DNA from: Fimbriosthenelais zetlandica
Lineage: Eukaryota
Length of the DNA stretch: 64,000 nucleotides
Direction of reading: 5' to 3'
NCBI GenBank assembly: GCA_977030845.1
Contig: OZ365116.1
Span: 20,460,001 to 20,524,000 of the forward strand
The notes under the pieces are model-generated. The model saw only the letters and a program-made list of their open reading frames with translations, was not told the DNA's origin and searched no databases. This document shows positions 1 to 14,254 of the stretch, in pieces. Numbering within the stretch: position 1 is the first letter of the stretch; each line of letters starts with the position of its first letter. A program made the position numbers and the translations under genes.

Positions 1-3000
1 AAGGTCATTGTTATAATTGTGACATCTGGTGCAACTCTCAATGATTTTATTTTAGGAATCATGGCTGATTCATCCTTGAGGTGGTTAATTCATTATTGCC
101 ATGGAAACTGCAACCACCTGCAGGAATGTCTGATGGAGGGGTTTAGAGGGGGCGGAGGGTACTTCATTAGGTCTCCTAATCTGAGAATGTGCATATCTGG
201 CAGGCTTTTTAACGCTGCCTTCTATTAATCTGGAGTGCTTTTAGTGGCCACCCTGAAAAGATCCCTCAATTAGCTCCATCATTCACATTTTTTCACATTA
301 TAGAGATGCCGAGTATTCATGTCTGTCACTGCCTCCAGCTGAAAGTGAGAGATTAAGAGAAGGTGCAAAGGAATGTATGAGTAATGTTGCTGCAGAACGC
401 AGATGACAATGTGAGAAAATGTGTTCTTGTTGACCTCTGGGGTCAGAGCAGGACTAGGGGGTTATTTGAAAGAGAAAGCAGGCTGCCTCGTTTGTGGCAA
501 GGCAGAGGAAATGAGAATGCAAAGCCACCCTGAGTGTACCGAGAGCTTTCATACATGCCTCCCTTTTCAACCAACAAAAAGAAACGATAATGGATGCCAT
601 GGAAGCCTGTGGCTTTGGCATGTGAGGGAATGCGTGCATGTGCATGTGAGAGCTTCTGGGTTAGGGAAACAATGCAGCGAGAGCGATTGTAACATTAAGC
701 GAGATGGGAGGGTGACCATGGCCAAATGTCAGCTGTCACATCCTGAAATAGCTGAGAGTGGAGCAATTATTACACTCACCCAAAATAGCCTCATGATGCC
801 CTAGACTTGTACGGAGAGTTTGAATGGAGAGCTGAGGGAGAAAGTTGGTTAAATGTCGACTGCTTATCTCCTACATGTATTATTAGTACACACAACACAC
901 GCCAAGTAGACTAAACGATCCCCAGGAGAGGTTAAGCTTCAAAGAGAGGACATTAGGGGGCATGGATGAGTCAGCAGGCACTCCACTCCTATCAACAATT
1001 GTCTTTGGGGATTGGCTATTATTCCTGTTAGTAATCCACCTCTGTCATTGCCTACTCTCAGTGCACGCCATTGCACGTGAATGCCCATGCATCTGGCCTG
1101 ACTCTCAATAATGGGCTTCACTCAATATACTCACTTTCTCTTCTCTTCCTCTGCCCTGCCATTAGAGGGAGGAGGGCTTTATCTGATGCTGGCCATTATC
1201 CCATATTGACAGCAATTGCAGGCCCTAAATCATCCCCCTCCATTGACATCAACACCTCCAACCAAGTTCATAAATATGCTAATGGGAAGAGAAAAAATCT
1301 TTTATTCTTAATGCCCGCGAATAGACGGGTCGTAGACTGGGGTTCTCAATGACATGTGTATAGATTATAATGTCCCCTTAAAGGACATTAAAATACCTTT
1401 GTGTGAATCATTTGTCAGTCACCTGTTCACATGATCAGAGACATTGTTTCATTTTCCCACACTTGCCGCCCACTTCATTTTCACCAGTCTTTCACCCCCT
1501 CCCTCCTCCCTCTCCTCTCACCTCGCCGACAGTGCCCTCTCTGGTGCCAAGCTGAGCTAATTTCAAGGGGTGTTAAACAGGGCCATAAATCACCTTTGAT
1601 GTGCAATTTCAGAAGCGTTGGCTGCTCCCTCGACTCTTACACTAAGGGAATTATTCTCTTACTAAATTTCTGAAGGGATGGGAAAATTTGGAGCTGCTTA
1701 AAAAATGATGAGATAATTAGACACACAACTCTAGTTACAAAGACACTTAAATTATTCATCATAATTACAATCTTTTTAACAGTTTACACTCATGCATATT
1801 TAGCATTACAGAGTTTGTCTATTTTTGCCGTAATAACATCATAGTAAATATATGGTCATCCCTGACAACATGAGCACACAACCCTGGTGTTCTGCTTGAA
1901 TGCAAGGCTGCCTTTACCGCTTTGCCAGCCTTATCAATACTGCACCTGGAGCTCTCATGACCTACTTTATAACCTTTACACTTGACCTAATTGTATGTAG
2001 TATTCATTACAAATATTCAGATGAAAGCCTTGCATTTAATGATCATGCACTTTCCCCAGATTTAGTCTATTTCCCTAATAAACCACTGTCCACTGTCCAT
2101 GTGGCTATATCTGACCCTACCTGATTACAATTCAATTCAATGTAGGCTACCTCTAGCATTTTTAGAGCATCGGAAGGCAACGAGATTAGGTAGCCTTTGT
2201 GAGTTATATCTAGTGAGAGTTAAGATTGCATGATAAGTGATGCATAGTGACCGTAAATAAATGTGACAATAAATGATGTATTAGTCTGCTAACCTAAAGC
2301 CTAGAATATTGAGCAGTAGTGATATAATAAGTCACATTTACCGTGCCAGTGTGTGATAGGTGGACAGGTTGTTAATAACATTCACACACCCCTCAGTGAC
2401 TCACACACACCTCAGCTTTCTCCACGCCTGGAGGAAGCTTTAAATAGCTTGTCATAGTGATGATGGATTGGGGGATAGCCACCTTGGTATGGCTCTCCTT
2501 CTCAAAGCCTATTGATCTGTCACTATCCAAGCTGACCCCTCCAGGGGTTAATACTAGTGTCCAGGCTGGATAATCTAATCCCTGGATCGTCTCTTGTACC
2601 AGGGGATTATCCCCACAGACCAAGAAGGATTAACACTCTGGAGATGTGTGGAGAAGATCTAAAGCCGCCATCTAGTACAAGATAGTTGGGAAGGTGTGTA
2701 GCTTCATGTGCTGGAATATGACCAGAATGACCCTACATTAGAACGGGCCATGTCAGTAGATCTGTGAATTCTGCATAGGCAATCCACAGATCAATGACTC
2801 ATATACATGCAAAATTTATATGGATGTCGAGCTGGATTTAAAGCCAGAGCCATTCAGATTGATCCTAAATGCTAATTCGCCTATAGGTGCACTTGAATAT
2901 GTATCTTCACATCTGGTCGTAATTAGGTATACGGTTCTTGTTAGGCTATACCCACTACTGCCTCCCATCATGTAATTAGATTTAGATGATGCTCCCCAAA

Positions 3001-6000
3001 TAGTCCAGAGGATTAGTATAACATACTCATTACCTGCTCAAGCTATCGAGCTGATGAGCTGGGTCTATATTAGCAGAGGATTCCGACTTGAGAAGTAGAA
3101 ATGAGAAAGGTAGTAGGCCAGTAAAAATGTCTACAGTGCTATTTAAACCGAGTGTCTCTATAGAAATCAATAATGATGGTGAATCATTGTAAAAGGTGTT
3201 ACTGGTCCACGAGTCCACTAAATTCTCCCCAAATTGGAGATGCTTCCATCTGGAAAATTGTGTCTGTTTCATGCCTTTTCTTCTGGTCTCCTGAGCGGAA
3301 AGCTTGGCCCATCCTGGCGGCATTCTCTGGCTGGGATCCATAATGCAAATATGGTGCATCCATCTCCATACCCATTGGTAGATGGCTTTAGTGAAATAAA
3401 AAAACAATGCCATGGCATGGATCCATATTTTCACTGTGACTGAAATGTCCCAAAAAATCCATTTCAATTGGAGCCAAAGCCAGTTTCTCCCTCAATAACC
3501 TTTCCCTCGGGTGACATGTCATGCAGTGAATTTGGTTTTCAACTCTTTAATTCTTTTCGTTCGCATCATGGAGTCTTCCATTGAGGATGGAGCACCGAAA
3601 AGAACAGGAATTTTCTTTTAAAATTTAATAGAACATTGATGAATAATTCCATATCGAGAAATTAAAAACATGTAGTGAGGGATGGACGGTTTTTGCCTGT
3701 CGAATCAGTGAGTGTCATGAGATTTTAAATGTTATTTGTCGGAGTTAACTGTTAAATAACAGTTATTGCATGGACACATGCAATAAAAGGAACAGCTTGG
3801 TCCATTAAAAGCATGATAAGCAATGTCTTAGTAAACACTGAGTTTCCTACCAATTTAAATTCATCGTTTTCATGGAGATTGCTAAGGCCATCTGTCTGTT
3901 ATTCCTCCCAGACCTCTCATTTCTTTATCTTTGCCTACCAAGAAATGAACGCCTTCAAATGATATCCCTGATGGCACAAAGTTGGACGTCTGTATTATAA
4001 ATTGAGTTGAAAAGGAGAAGGAGCAAAGCACAGTATAGAGATGGGCATTAGGTCCTGAAGTGCGTTGTTCATAGACAAGCCTTTGTCAATATGCTTTGCC
4101 CCTGCGCAATGAGAGAGCTCTATAAATATGTATGTTTCTCCTTGACACTCTGAGTGATAATGGGGGAGCAGGGTAAATCTCGTGGCTTGTGTTATCTTCA
4201 GCTGGATTTCCGGTTCCGCTGGACTCTTATCTTTTGGTGTACAGTCGGGTTGTAATCCGAGCTGGGCTCTAGTGCAAATAAAGCCTGTGTGGGGGAGCTG
4301 GCTTGATGTCATACTCCAGTAGGCAGAAGACTAGCAAAAAAGAAGCCAGAGACATGCTACAGCATAATATATCCCGCCTTTGAATCCCAGCACACAGATA
4401 TATAATGGTTTATATATAGGGATGTCCTATAAACTCTTTTTTCAGCTGTTTTTTGCTCATAATATAATTCATACAGAGATTACTTGCGCACTTTTTTGTG
4501 TATTTTATTTCTCTCTCTTGAAAGCTTTTTTTGAAAAAAAAACCTGGTTTAATGGTAAGGCTGGATCTTCTTGTTATTTGTTGCCTTGTGCTGGTAAAAA
4601 TGCAGACAGAAGACCGGGTGTTGTCTCAAGGTCTTCTCACTAAAATCACTCCATTCTCAAATGACATGACATGGCAAATTCACAAAAACTGGGGCATCAA
4701 TTACAAAGACTGCTGGTTGGACATTCGGACGTCCACTTGCCCCATTCTTGTTCTGACCAAGTGGGTTATTCGAACTTTACAGTATTCTGAAGGGTCTGCC
4801 AAACACCTAGATTATTTATGGGTCAAGTTTCATTATTGTAACAATGGAGAATTGCTTCCCCCAGGGTAAAAAGCTACGACTGTCTCGTTTCTTCCTAAAG
4901 TGAAATATTGAATGTGAAATTCATTGAGGAAGAAATGCTTTATTAGTAAACATCCCGAAGCGATGTCCTGGACAATAGAAGATATGGCCGTATTGCGATG
5001 AATTTTATCTGACTTTGCAAACAGATTGCAGAATTCTTTCCTGCATCCAAGCCTCTCTTTGTCCTGTAGAGGGACTTTACAATGACAGAGTAAATCATTC
5101 AGCTCTCTTTAAGTCAATCTGTCCACTTTATACTAGATTTGAAATTCATTTTGTGAACACTTTATTGATTCCCTCAGTGATGATCAAACACGTCAATATA
5201 AATCTACTTTAAAAATGTAGGGGCGTAGTCAGTTTTATTAGAGTAGATGTAGTGCAGGAAGGGAGGTTTTAATGAATGGTTCAGCTTTATGTTTTGAGAC
5301 ATGAGACATGTAAATATAGGACACTGTTTGTCACTGACAGTTGACCATAGGCACATGAAGCATATTAGTCTCATTTTCCTTTTTTCAGAAACTAATTTTT
5401 CTGACTGCTTAACTATGATGAAAGACCAGGCAGGTTAACACCTTGTCTGTGGGTAGAGCCCATTGATTCTGTGGTTGAAACCAGACAAGTGCATAAAATA
5501 CACTCAGATGACTGGCAGCCTGTTGTATACAGACTGGATTTTATTGAAGATCATTCATGAGCCCACATGTCTGCCTCAAATAGAGAGCCTGACGTTCATT
5601 GTGCTGTCAATATAACTCCTATTCCATCCCCCACCACCCCCTCCTCCCAAAGTCCAACCATCGTTATGGTAAATCACCCTTATTGAACCTGAGAAGAATC
5701 ACATATTGTCGGTTCACATATCCTCTATTACCACACAATATTAGGGATGGCCGTCCTACGATCAATAGTCAACCTCTATGTATACAATGTGACAGAGTCA
5801 GTGGATATTATTGACTTCCTCCTCCATGTTGTCATGGAAACATGGATGTGTGGTCATGTGATGTCAGGGAGGCTTTTTACAGGCTAGGCTGCTGCTCAGA
5901 TTAGAGTTTGGTATCAATCATTGTTGCAAAGTGCTGTCACAGGCAAGTCACTACAGGAGGCCTGCTGTCACACCAAGTGAAGCTTGGTATATTACGAAAC

Positions 6001-9000
6001 TGTCATGTAGTTGTAGGGTCACCTTGAGATTGGCACGTTTAGAGTGACACCATGCTGTCAGATTCTTTCTGCGTGGTGATAATGCAATTCAATTTTGGAT
6101 TTAATTTCATTTTCATTCAGTAAATATATATCAATTCAATTGTAGCCTGCTATTGTCACAAAGAATGTATTTTGCCTTCTTTGTCTCTTGTGGCAGCCAC
6201 TTTCGCAGGCAGAATTTTGCATTCACTCTGAATATTCAATCACAGAGGCTCTGCAGGAATCCCGCCAACTATGTTGATTCCATGTTGAAATGAATCTTTT
6301 GGAATGCCAGTCGGTTTAGACCCTTGCCTCTGCTGCATGGTAATATGGCATTTTCAAGCCCTGTGCATTCAACCTTTGGCCTGCTGAAAATACCGAAAAG
6401 CCATCCACCCAGCCTGCACATCCCCTACCCATCCCCGGCCCGACCTCCCAACATAAAACATGTGCCTGGCATGTGGTCACATGTTCTGTCATCTGACCTG
6501 AATATCCAAAATGCAGGGGACGACATTTTGAAATATCAGTCGGTCGGTTCAAAGGAGCACTGCAAAGGTCATTTTATATCGTCCCTCGACACATTTTACT
6601 GGTCATTAGTTGAACTGAAAACAGTAATTTTCAATTGGTAATCAACGTGTTAATGTTGTGGCCATTGGTTTAATGGTGGCTCATTCGAGTCTACCGTGCT
6701 TTATTTGTATGCTGCTGATAATTCTCTGAAATTTTCTAGTTTTGCAAGCATATGCTAAGCTATTGACTGCAGGCCTTATGACACACGCTTGATAGCAGTG
6801 ATGGATTGGGAATTATGCAGATCTACCTGATAGTGGGCCTATGACCACTACCTTTGATACATCTGATTGTATAATTCATCACTTTATAATGCTTAATCCT
6901 GGCAAGATACAGTCATATAGTTGATATTAATCATGACTGATATGATGTCTTCAATCTGCCATCAGCAGATTTCCGAGTTAGTTGATGGCTGCATATATAG
7001 ACATGAAAAATAATGATACCAGCTGTGTTCATTCAGAGATAAGACACAGAACCATCACCCAGATATTAATCAAACTTTATATTACAATTGATGACGAATT
7101 CAAATAATATTTTATGCCTCGGGAACAGCTGGATGCTGTCTACAAAAGGCCGTGTATCTCCTGTTACCAGATGGCCAGACCTATAGCTGAGCTGTTTGTC
7201 ATTTACTGCATGAGGCACAGAATGGTTTTTGGCACAAAACATACTCGGAATTCCCCTGTGTACTTCATGGCAGTAGCCTCTGGATACGGCCCTTTGTAAA
7301 TATGAATATGAAAGAGATTGTTCTCATCCACTCCTCCCAGGGGTCGTTACCCCGCTGTGGGGTCAATGCTTGGGTCTATAGTGTGAGTATCACACAGGGC
7401 CGTGGGCAGTCCACGGACCAGCCACGATCCCCACCAAATCTCTCTTGTCAATGACGGAGGTGAAAGCTGCCAGGGCTTCCTTAAGTCTCTATTGAGGTTT
7501 TCTCATTTTTTGCTCTACATACTTGAGCTGAGTACAAATCTATAAGCCAATATGCTGCTGCAGAGACATACTCGAGCTAAGAAAAGTCATAATCCACTGC
7601 AAGAGTTGTATTGGGTCTTTTTGTCCAATGGGTTTAACTTTCTGGTGAATACTCTAGACAGATTCATGTATATGGTAACCATAGTAACAGTCTCTGTGAC
7701 CTAATTAATGTAATGGGATATTCATTAGGTGACACGCACAAGGAGGCAGGCCATGACTCGAGAGATTGTTCCAAGTACATTGGTCGTAAAAGCCATAAAA
7801 ATACAGCACTTCAATTATGAGTGTGTCTAGCCATCTAGCAAGGCGAGATAACTCATAAATCATTTTCCTGCTATACTTGATTTGAGAGAAATGATTTTAA
7901 GTTTTAACTTCCTGCATGGTAGAACCTTGGTCTCACATTTCACCGTAATGCTATTAGGTGATTAAATTTCTAGCCAAGCTTGAGGGCCCTCATGCCATAT
8001 GTGAAATATAATTTGTCCTGCCCCCGATCAATCTGAAAAAATGCAATGGTCTTAAAGTAGACTATATGATATGATTTCCTATTTTGAAGACATTTCATGT
8101 CCAAATCTAGTAAGGGCATCCCCAGAGGCAGCTAGTGATATTTACTATGGATAGTAATCAATCAACATTAATTATGACATCATTAATGTGCAGGATATTG
8201 CACATGATAACATTACATTAATGGTAGCAGACATGCTAGTCCTATGCTCTGATGTTTTCCTCGGGGCTTGCATGCAACTCTCTTATCACCAGAGTTACAA
8301 TTGGCTCTCTGATCGATCTCAGAAAAGCCAATTCATGTTTGCCTTTCTGGTTGCGAAGCCACTTGGGCCAGCAGCCTCGTAAATCTAGCCTTTATAGTTT
8401 ATCCAGTGCATCTGGCATATAGAAATGTCTACTAATCCCGTATGATAATCATTCAATGACAGGCTATCCATACACATGCCAAGATGCCTTTTTATGCCCG
8501 ACCTTAGACGTTATTTCCATGTCAGGGAACTACTTTAACAAGAGATCTGAAAAGCCCTACATCTTTAGTGGGGTGAAAAGAGCTCCTTTATATTATCCGC
8601 CTTCTCCCGCCATGAGATAAATTGAATTAAGATAGCTGCATTAACCAACCTCGGACAATGTAGTACCTTAAAGGAAATGAATGACTGCCTGCCAATCCTT
8701 GTAGCCATATATGGTCATCCTTCCAAAGAATTTCAATGCTTTGGAAGAAAGGTGTGCCTATATTTTTGTGCTGTCATGCATCTTTATACCTTTCCAATCC
8801 TTAGGGGGTTATATGAATACCTTTTGAGAATATTCCGCCTTTTCAATGATTTATTTTTCTCAAAGACCTGCTTCTAACCTCCAAGCATTCAAACTCTATA
8901 GGTCCTTCCTGCCATTCACACTATGCCAATCCCATGTGGCATGAAGTAAAGGTGAATGCCTTCTAAGACAGTCCCATCAGGCTACAGACCTTTTCACTCC

Positions 9001-12000
9001 GTCCTGCCATTGCTCTCTAATCAGCCTGAGAAGCTGGTGTCCAATTTTCCCTGCCCGTGGGAACATTTGCTGCTTTTTTCTCTAGTGGCACACATGGCTT
9101 GCTGCCACTGGGGCCTTAAGCCCATGAAAAACACAATCCCAGTGATTCTCTCCTTGCCCGCTAGAGGCTTATCGACCAGTTCCCAGAGCTGCCCTTGGCT
9201 CAGGTGGGCCCAAGAGCAATATTAGATATGGACAGGTTCTTGTGTTAGATAAGTAGTGCTGAGTTAGAAGGTCGTGTAATAAGGCGAGAAGGACAAGCGT
9301 TTAAGTCCCAATGATTTAATGGTGGAAGGTGAAAGTTGTCCCAGGGGATTCCTTGCTGTCTTCTTGAAGTATGTCCTTTGAAAAAGAATATATATTATGC
9401 TGCGATTACTATACTCTATTTAGCTTACCATGCAAAATTCATAAGAAATAATCTAAAGAATGAACTGCATTAGAGAAAAAAATTAATTCTTGGTATTTTG
9501 TGAACAAAACGTGAGAATAAGTGTTTAAACTAGCAGTAAGGAAACAACTCAGGTTTTCAATTAGTCCTCTTCTAGAAGGTCAAAGAAAAGCATGGCCACA
9601 CACCATGCTTGGTACTAATTAACTTAGGAACTTATTTGGGAGTAATTAGCTTTTGGTACAGGCTGCCCTGAGGCAAATCTGGCTGGCACTAACTGTGAAC
9701 TTTAACCATGCATGGGAGAATGGCAGTTTTTATCCATTTGAAAGATGAGGAGATGGAAGTGCATTAATTCTGTAAGGCGTGATGGGTTTTAAAAAACGGT
9801 GGCAAAGCGGAAGAACCCACGGGAGTTGTTATTAAATTTAACATTTTCAGGACAAAGTGAGGATGGACAATGAAATATTTTATGGCATTGGTCTTCATTT
9901 CTTTTTTCAATTTTTACTCTATGGCTTTTCAGACTTTCTTCAACTTTCCTCCCAGGGAAATTGTGCATTCCCTTTTATGAGAAAGTGGAACTGTAAGCTA
10001 AAGAAAAATGAGTCCCATAAAAGATAAGGATATTGGATTTTATGATCCCCAGGCAGTTTGATTTTCATTGTGGATTTAGTACTGTTTCCATTTTAGCTGC
10101 CTTCTTGAAGGATCAACTTACTTCGCCAAAACCATACACCCCTTGCTTCCACCCAGCCATCCTGCGCCAGCTGATAAGGTGCTGTTGTATGTAGGCTAGA
10201 GTGAGTTTATGATTAGAGATGTCTATAAGATTAGATCATCACACGCTTCATAGCCTGGCGAGGTGCTGTGGTTACAGTACCCTGCCACTTCATCCTCTTT
10301 CTCTATACTACGTCCTTCTACACATCACACCCTTTCCATCAAACCTATAGGCCACTATACCTGCCTTTACTGCTTCCGCATTTCACTGGGTGTGAGACAG
10401 CACGATAACCAATGTAAAGACAAATGTCAATTTTCGCTATTTGGGATTATTTTAACCTGCCAGACCTCACCTGAAATAAGTGAGGAATATGGTGCCTATT
10501 CCTATTGACCTATTCCTTACGCCCTCTCTTTCAATAAGAGGATACTTTATCAATACATTCCTGTTAGCAGTCCAATCTATGTCTCTTTTAAAATCGGAGG
10601 ACACTCTAGGCTACATTGACCTGTCTAACCTTGTCAATATAAGCACATCAGCTATAAGTGAGAGGTGACGACGTACACACTTATTGATGACGTGATACAA
10701 ATTTGTCGATGATAAATGTGTGGTTATTGACAAGTTGCTGAGGGGCGCTATGAGGAATGGCGCGCCCTCTGGATTAGGATCCCCTCAACATTGATTTATG
10801 AGGGCACCTCAAAATGAATGGAAATTTCGCCTGGGTATAATTTCAGGGGTGGTGTGGAGCGTAATACTGCCGTAGGGAAGAAGTGGTGGAAAGGGCCCTC
10901 TGAGACCTCTGATGTGGTCCCATAACACATGAGAAATCCCTGTGTGGCATGTACTACTTATTCTTTACATATCCTACTTTGTTTCTTATCTTTTAAGCCA
11001 GACATATATGCATAATATGCATTGTGTATTCTAAATATGGGAACTTCTTTCATTAGTATTTTTATGGCTAACATAATGGCTAAAACATGACTCTTCGTAA
11101 ATTCATTTCCATTTCTCTTGCACTGCAGCGCCGAACTAACTTCGGTGAAATTAAATGAAGTTGTCTTCATTGGTAATAGTATCCCTTGTAAGCATTCCGT
11201 TTTACCGATTGCAGCTCTAGCTAGCATGACATTTGTTGTCCTTCAGAAATGATTATTGGCACCAGGGAAAGCGGAGACACTTTCAATTTACAGGACTGAT
11301 TTGCTTTCCATCGTTGGGGCTGGGGGTTGATTAAGATTGTAATTAGTCAACCTGCCCCCAAGGCCTCACTCTCCTTAGATGGCCGCTAGGGTTATTGACA
11401 CTGTCAGAGTCTGGCGTTTAAACGGGAGCCAATCATTTCCAAGGAGGAAATTTAAATTTAACGGCAATAAGGCAGCGTTACTGAGATACATGGCTCCTGA
11501 TAGTGAAGTAGTGTCAGTCTGTCTGCAGTGCTGAAGCTACTCATTATAACCTCATGATCAAATTCATCTTCGTTAGTCAATGCGTATCGTTAGTGTAAAA
11601 TCTAATCATCTGGTCCTCCCATTAGCCGTCAGTTCCAGGCTTGTTGATTCTGAAATGGGTTGGATGGCCCGAGTATAGAGATGGAAAACATTTTGGTCAA
11701 TTATATTAATGGCGGTCAGTCCCAATGGAGAAGAATTTGATAATGTTCGTATCATCTATCTACTGACGTCCCAATCCCACTGGGGTTGACGAGTTGACTT
11801 TGAAATATGATGTGTCAGACCATTGAAATTGGGGTGTTCAGTAGTAGAGGCCCAGTACCTTATTTCAAACTTGTTCACTTCGTTAGAATTGTCAGCCCAG
11901 ACTAATGCTTCACTTAAGATGGTTCTGGTGAATAACTGACTACCTTACCCTGACCCGGGACCCTGACCCACATTTATGTGATGTCTGGGGTCAATCAAGT

Positions 12001-14174
12001 CTCGTTTTTCCAAGGTCTCAGTTGGTTAGAATGAACTATCTACAAATGTAGTTATTTCTCTGGGGAAATCCTGTCACATATAATGTAGGACCTGTGATTG
12101 TTGATTAGCTTGAGTAGGGAGAGTGTAAAAGTGCAAACTGTATGGGGGACCCTGCATACTATTAGAATAACCACCAAGAAAGGGTAAGAAGGAACGGACC
12201 ATGCAGTAAATTCCATGTAAAATGTGAGAAGAAATGTTTAGGGGTACCAAACATGGATGGATGGAGGAAGTAGAGAGAAAGGAGTTTGGTGTTCAGAAGT
12301 GTATGCATGCAATGTATGCGTGAGAGGAATGGAGGCCAACTCGGCCATTATTCCCTGTACCATGTGATTAGATCCAGTGCAGGTACTGCCTTGTCAATAG
12401 GCTGAGAATGTCATCCTCTCATGGGGAAGGCCACTTAATAGTACCTTTAATGGCAGGTTATGTCTCACATGCAAAGGACAATCCTGAGTGCACCTGTTTG
12501 GTTTGAAAGAGAGAACTAATTTGGGAAAAATATCAACCAGATATCGATTGCTAAATACATTCCATAACTAAAGTTTTCATCTGCTCGAGGAGGAGCTTTG
12601 AGAGGCTTTGTATGGAGTTTTTCTGATAAATTTAAGCATTTGCCCCCGTTCTATATGGCTTTGTGAAAATCTGAGGCCATTTAATCAGACTAAAGCTTTT
12701 GTGCTCGGTTGCCTGCAATCCATGAAGGACCTTGGGCAATTCAAAGTCATTCAGCAAAAGTTTGGATGTAAATCCAAAGCCTGCATGGTGATAAATGGAC
12801 AGACGGCCTTGTTCAGTAAACACCCAGTTAAGATGTGTGCTGTAAATTTGTCAGGCAATGCTTTGCAACACAAACTAGGGCCAATTAAGTCGGCTGTATA
12901 TCTTTGGGGCTGGCATGGAAACGAAGTCATTTCGAGGGATAGTTTAGCACCCGGACAGCCCGGAAATTGCTGTTCATTGGGCATGGAATTAGTGGCGCCA
13001 TTTGTGAGACTGGGCGTATGATGTAGGAGACCTGCCGCATGGCACATTGTGCTGGTGGAGGTGAGGTCATTGTGCCTACAATGTCCATGCAAACTGCCCA
13101 GTCAGGTCCAGAAAAACTCTCCTCAAATGTGTTGTAGTCATTGACTACAGAAGTGCCCCATACAGGCAATGGTGCCCATGGGACTGAAGGGCAAAAGAGG
13201 CGAACAAGAATGGCGCTACCAGAATGTGTTTTTAGCCAGGCGTGTTAGAAAATTATGCAAACTCAGAGCATCTTTCTGAAGGAAAGAAAACTGGATTATG
13301 TAGTGATGGCATTCGCCTGTTGATCCTGGTTGATCATTGTTCACTCCGGCCACAACTCCTCTCAGCGACTCCTTGTCTGACCTTCCCCGACCTCTTGTGA
13401 TGACCTCAGATGATCCTCTTCTGTTGCCATGGTGATAACATCCATGGAGGAGGGAACTGAGATCTAGCATCCCATCTTCTAGCATCCTTTATTCTCTATC
13501 AGATAATCTTTACTCATTTTAGTGATTCTGTATATGGCAAAAAAAATCTGCTATCTGCTATCAATCTGAAAGAGATAAAATAAATATATATAAAAGAAGA
13601 AGAAAAAAGAGGTTCATCTAGGAAGGTGGCACTTGGAATTTGTACTTGTTAATATCACTTATAAGGATTAGGTTTTTCAACTGACTGCATGAAAAGTATA
13701 CCATGCATGCAACTGCAACATATACGTAGTAAAATAGTATCCCTTTTGAGTTAAGAGAAAACATTCCAACTTCCTGACCTGCCATGTTAACCTCTCTTAA
13801 CCATGATACACAAGCACTTAATAATGCACTTCTTGGATCTCTGGTCGCCAGTTTTTAACTATGAATTGCTAGTTTTCATGTCAGATGAGGATGCCAATAG
13901 ATTGAAGCACTCAGCATTCCCCTGTATTTACCCCGGAAATGCCCGTGTCGCCAGGATTACTGCAGGTCATGACCCTGTTGTGGATGTCTGTCACGCCATT
14001 CTCTGATTAATTCCTTTCCAGGATTTATTCCACTTCTGTCTGGTCACTTCAGGTGTGATCAGTGTCCACCATTAGATATGGTTAATCTGGAAACTGGAGA
14101 ATCCTGTCTAATCATACTTAGGAAAGACGTGAAATAATTGATTAAAATGAGAAACCCATTAACAGATGTTTTTA

Positions 14175-14254
14175 CAGTCTGTTTACTCTAAGTTGATCCG
14201 AAACTACAGTACATATGTATGGTAGTTTCGGATCAACTTAGAGTGAACAGACTG
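14175..14254. mobile_element. 80-bp Tc1/mariner-type palindromic MITE
   Basis: 33-bp inverted repeats (14175-14207 and 14222-14254) with one mismatch, a 14-nt spacer, CAGT...ACTG ends and TA on both flanks (14173-14174, 14255-14256). Confidence 0.75.

Noticed and set aside
7018-7031. 14-nt antisense match to recalled miR-317 (a similar 13-mer near 48273)
   Set aside because: The 3' part of the mature sequence does not match and no pre-miRNA-length hairpin forms.
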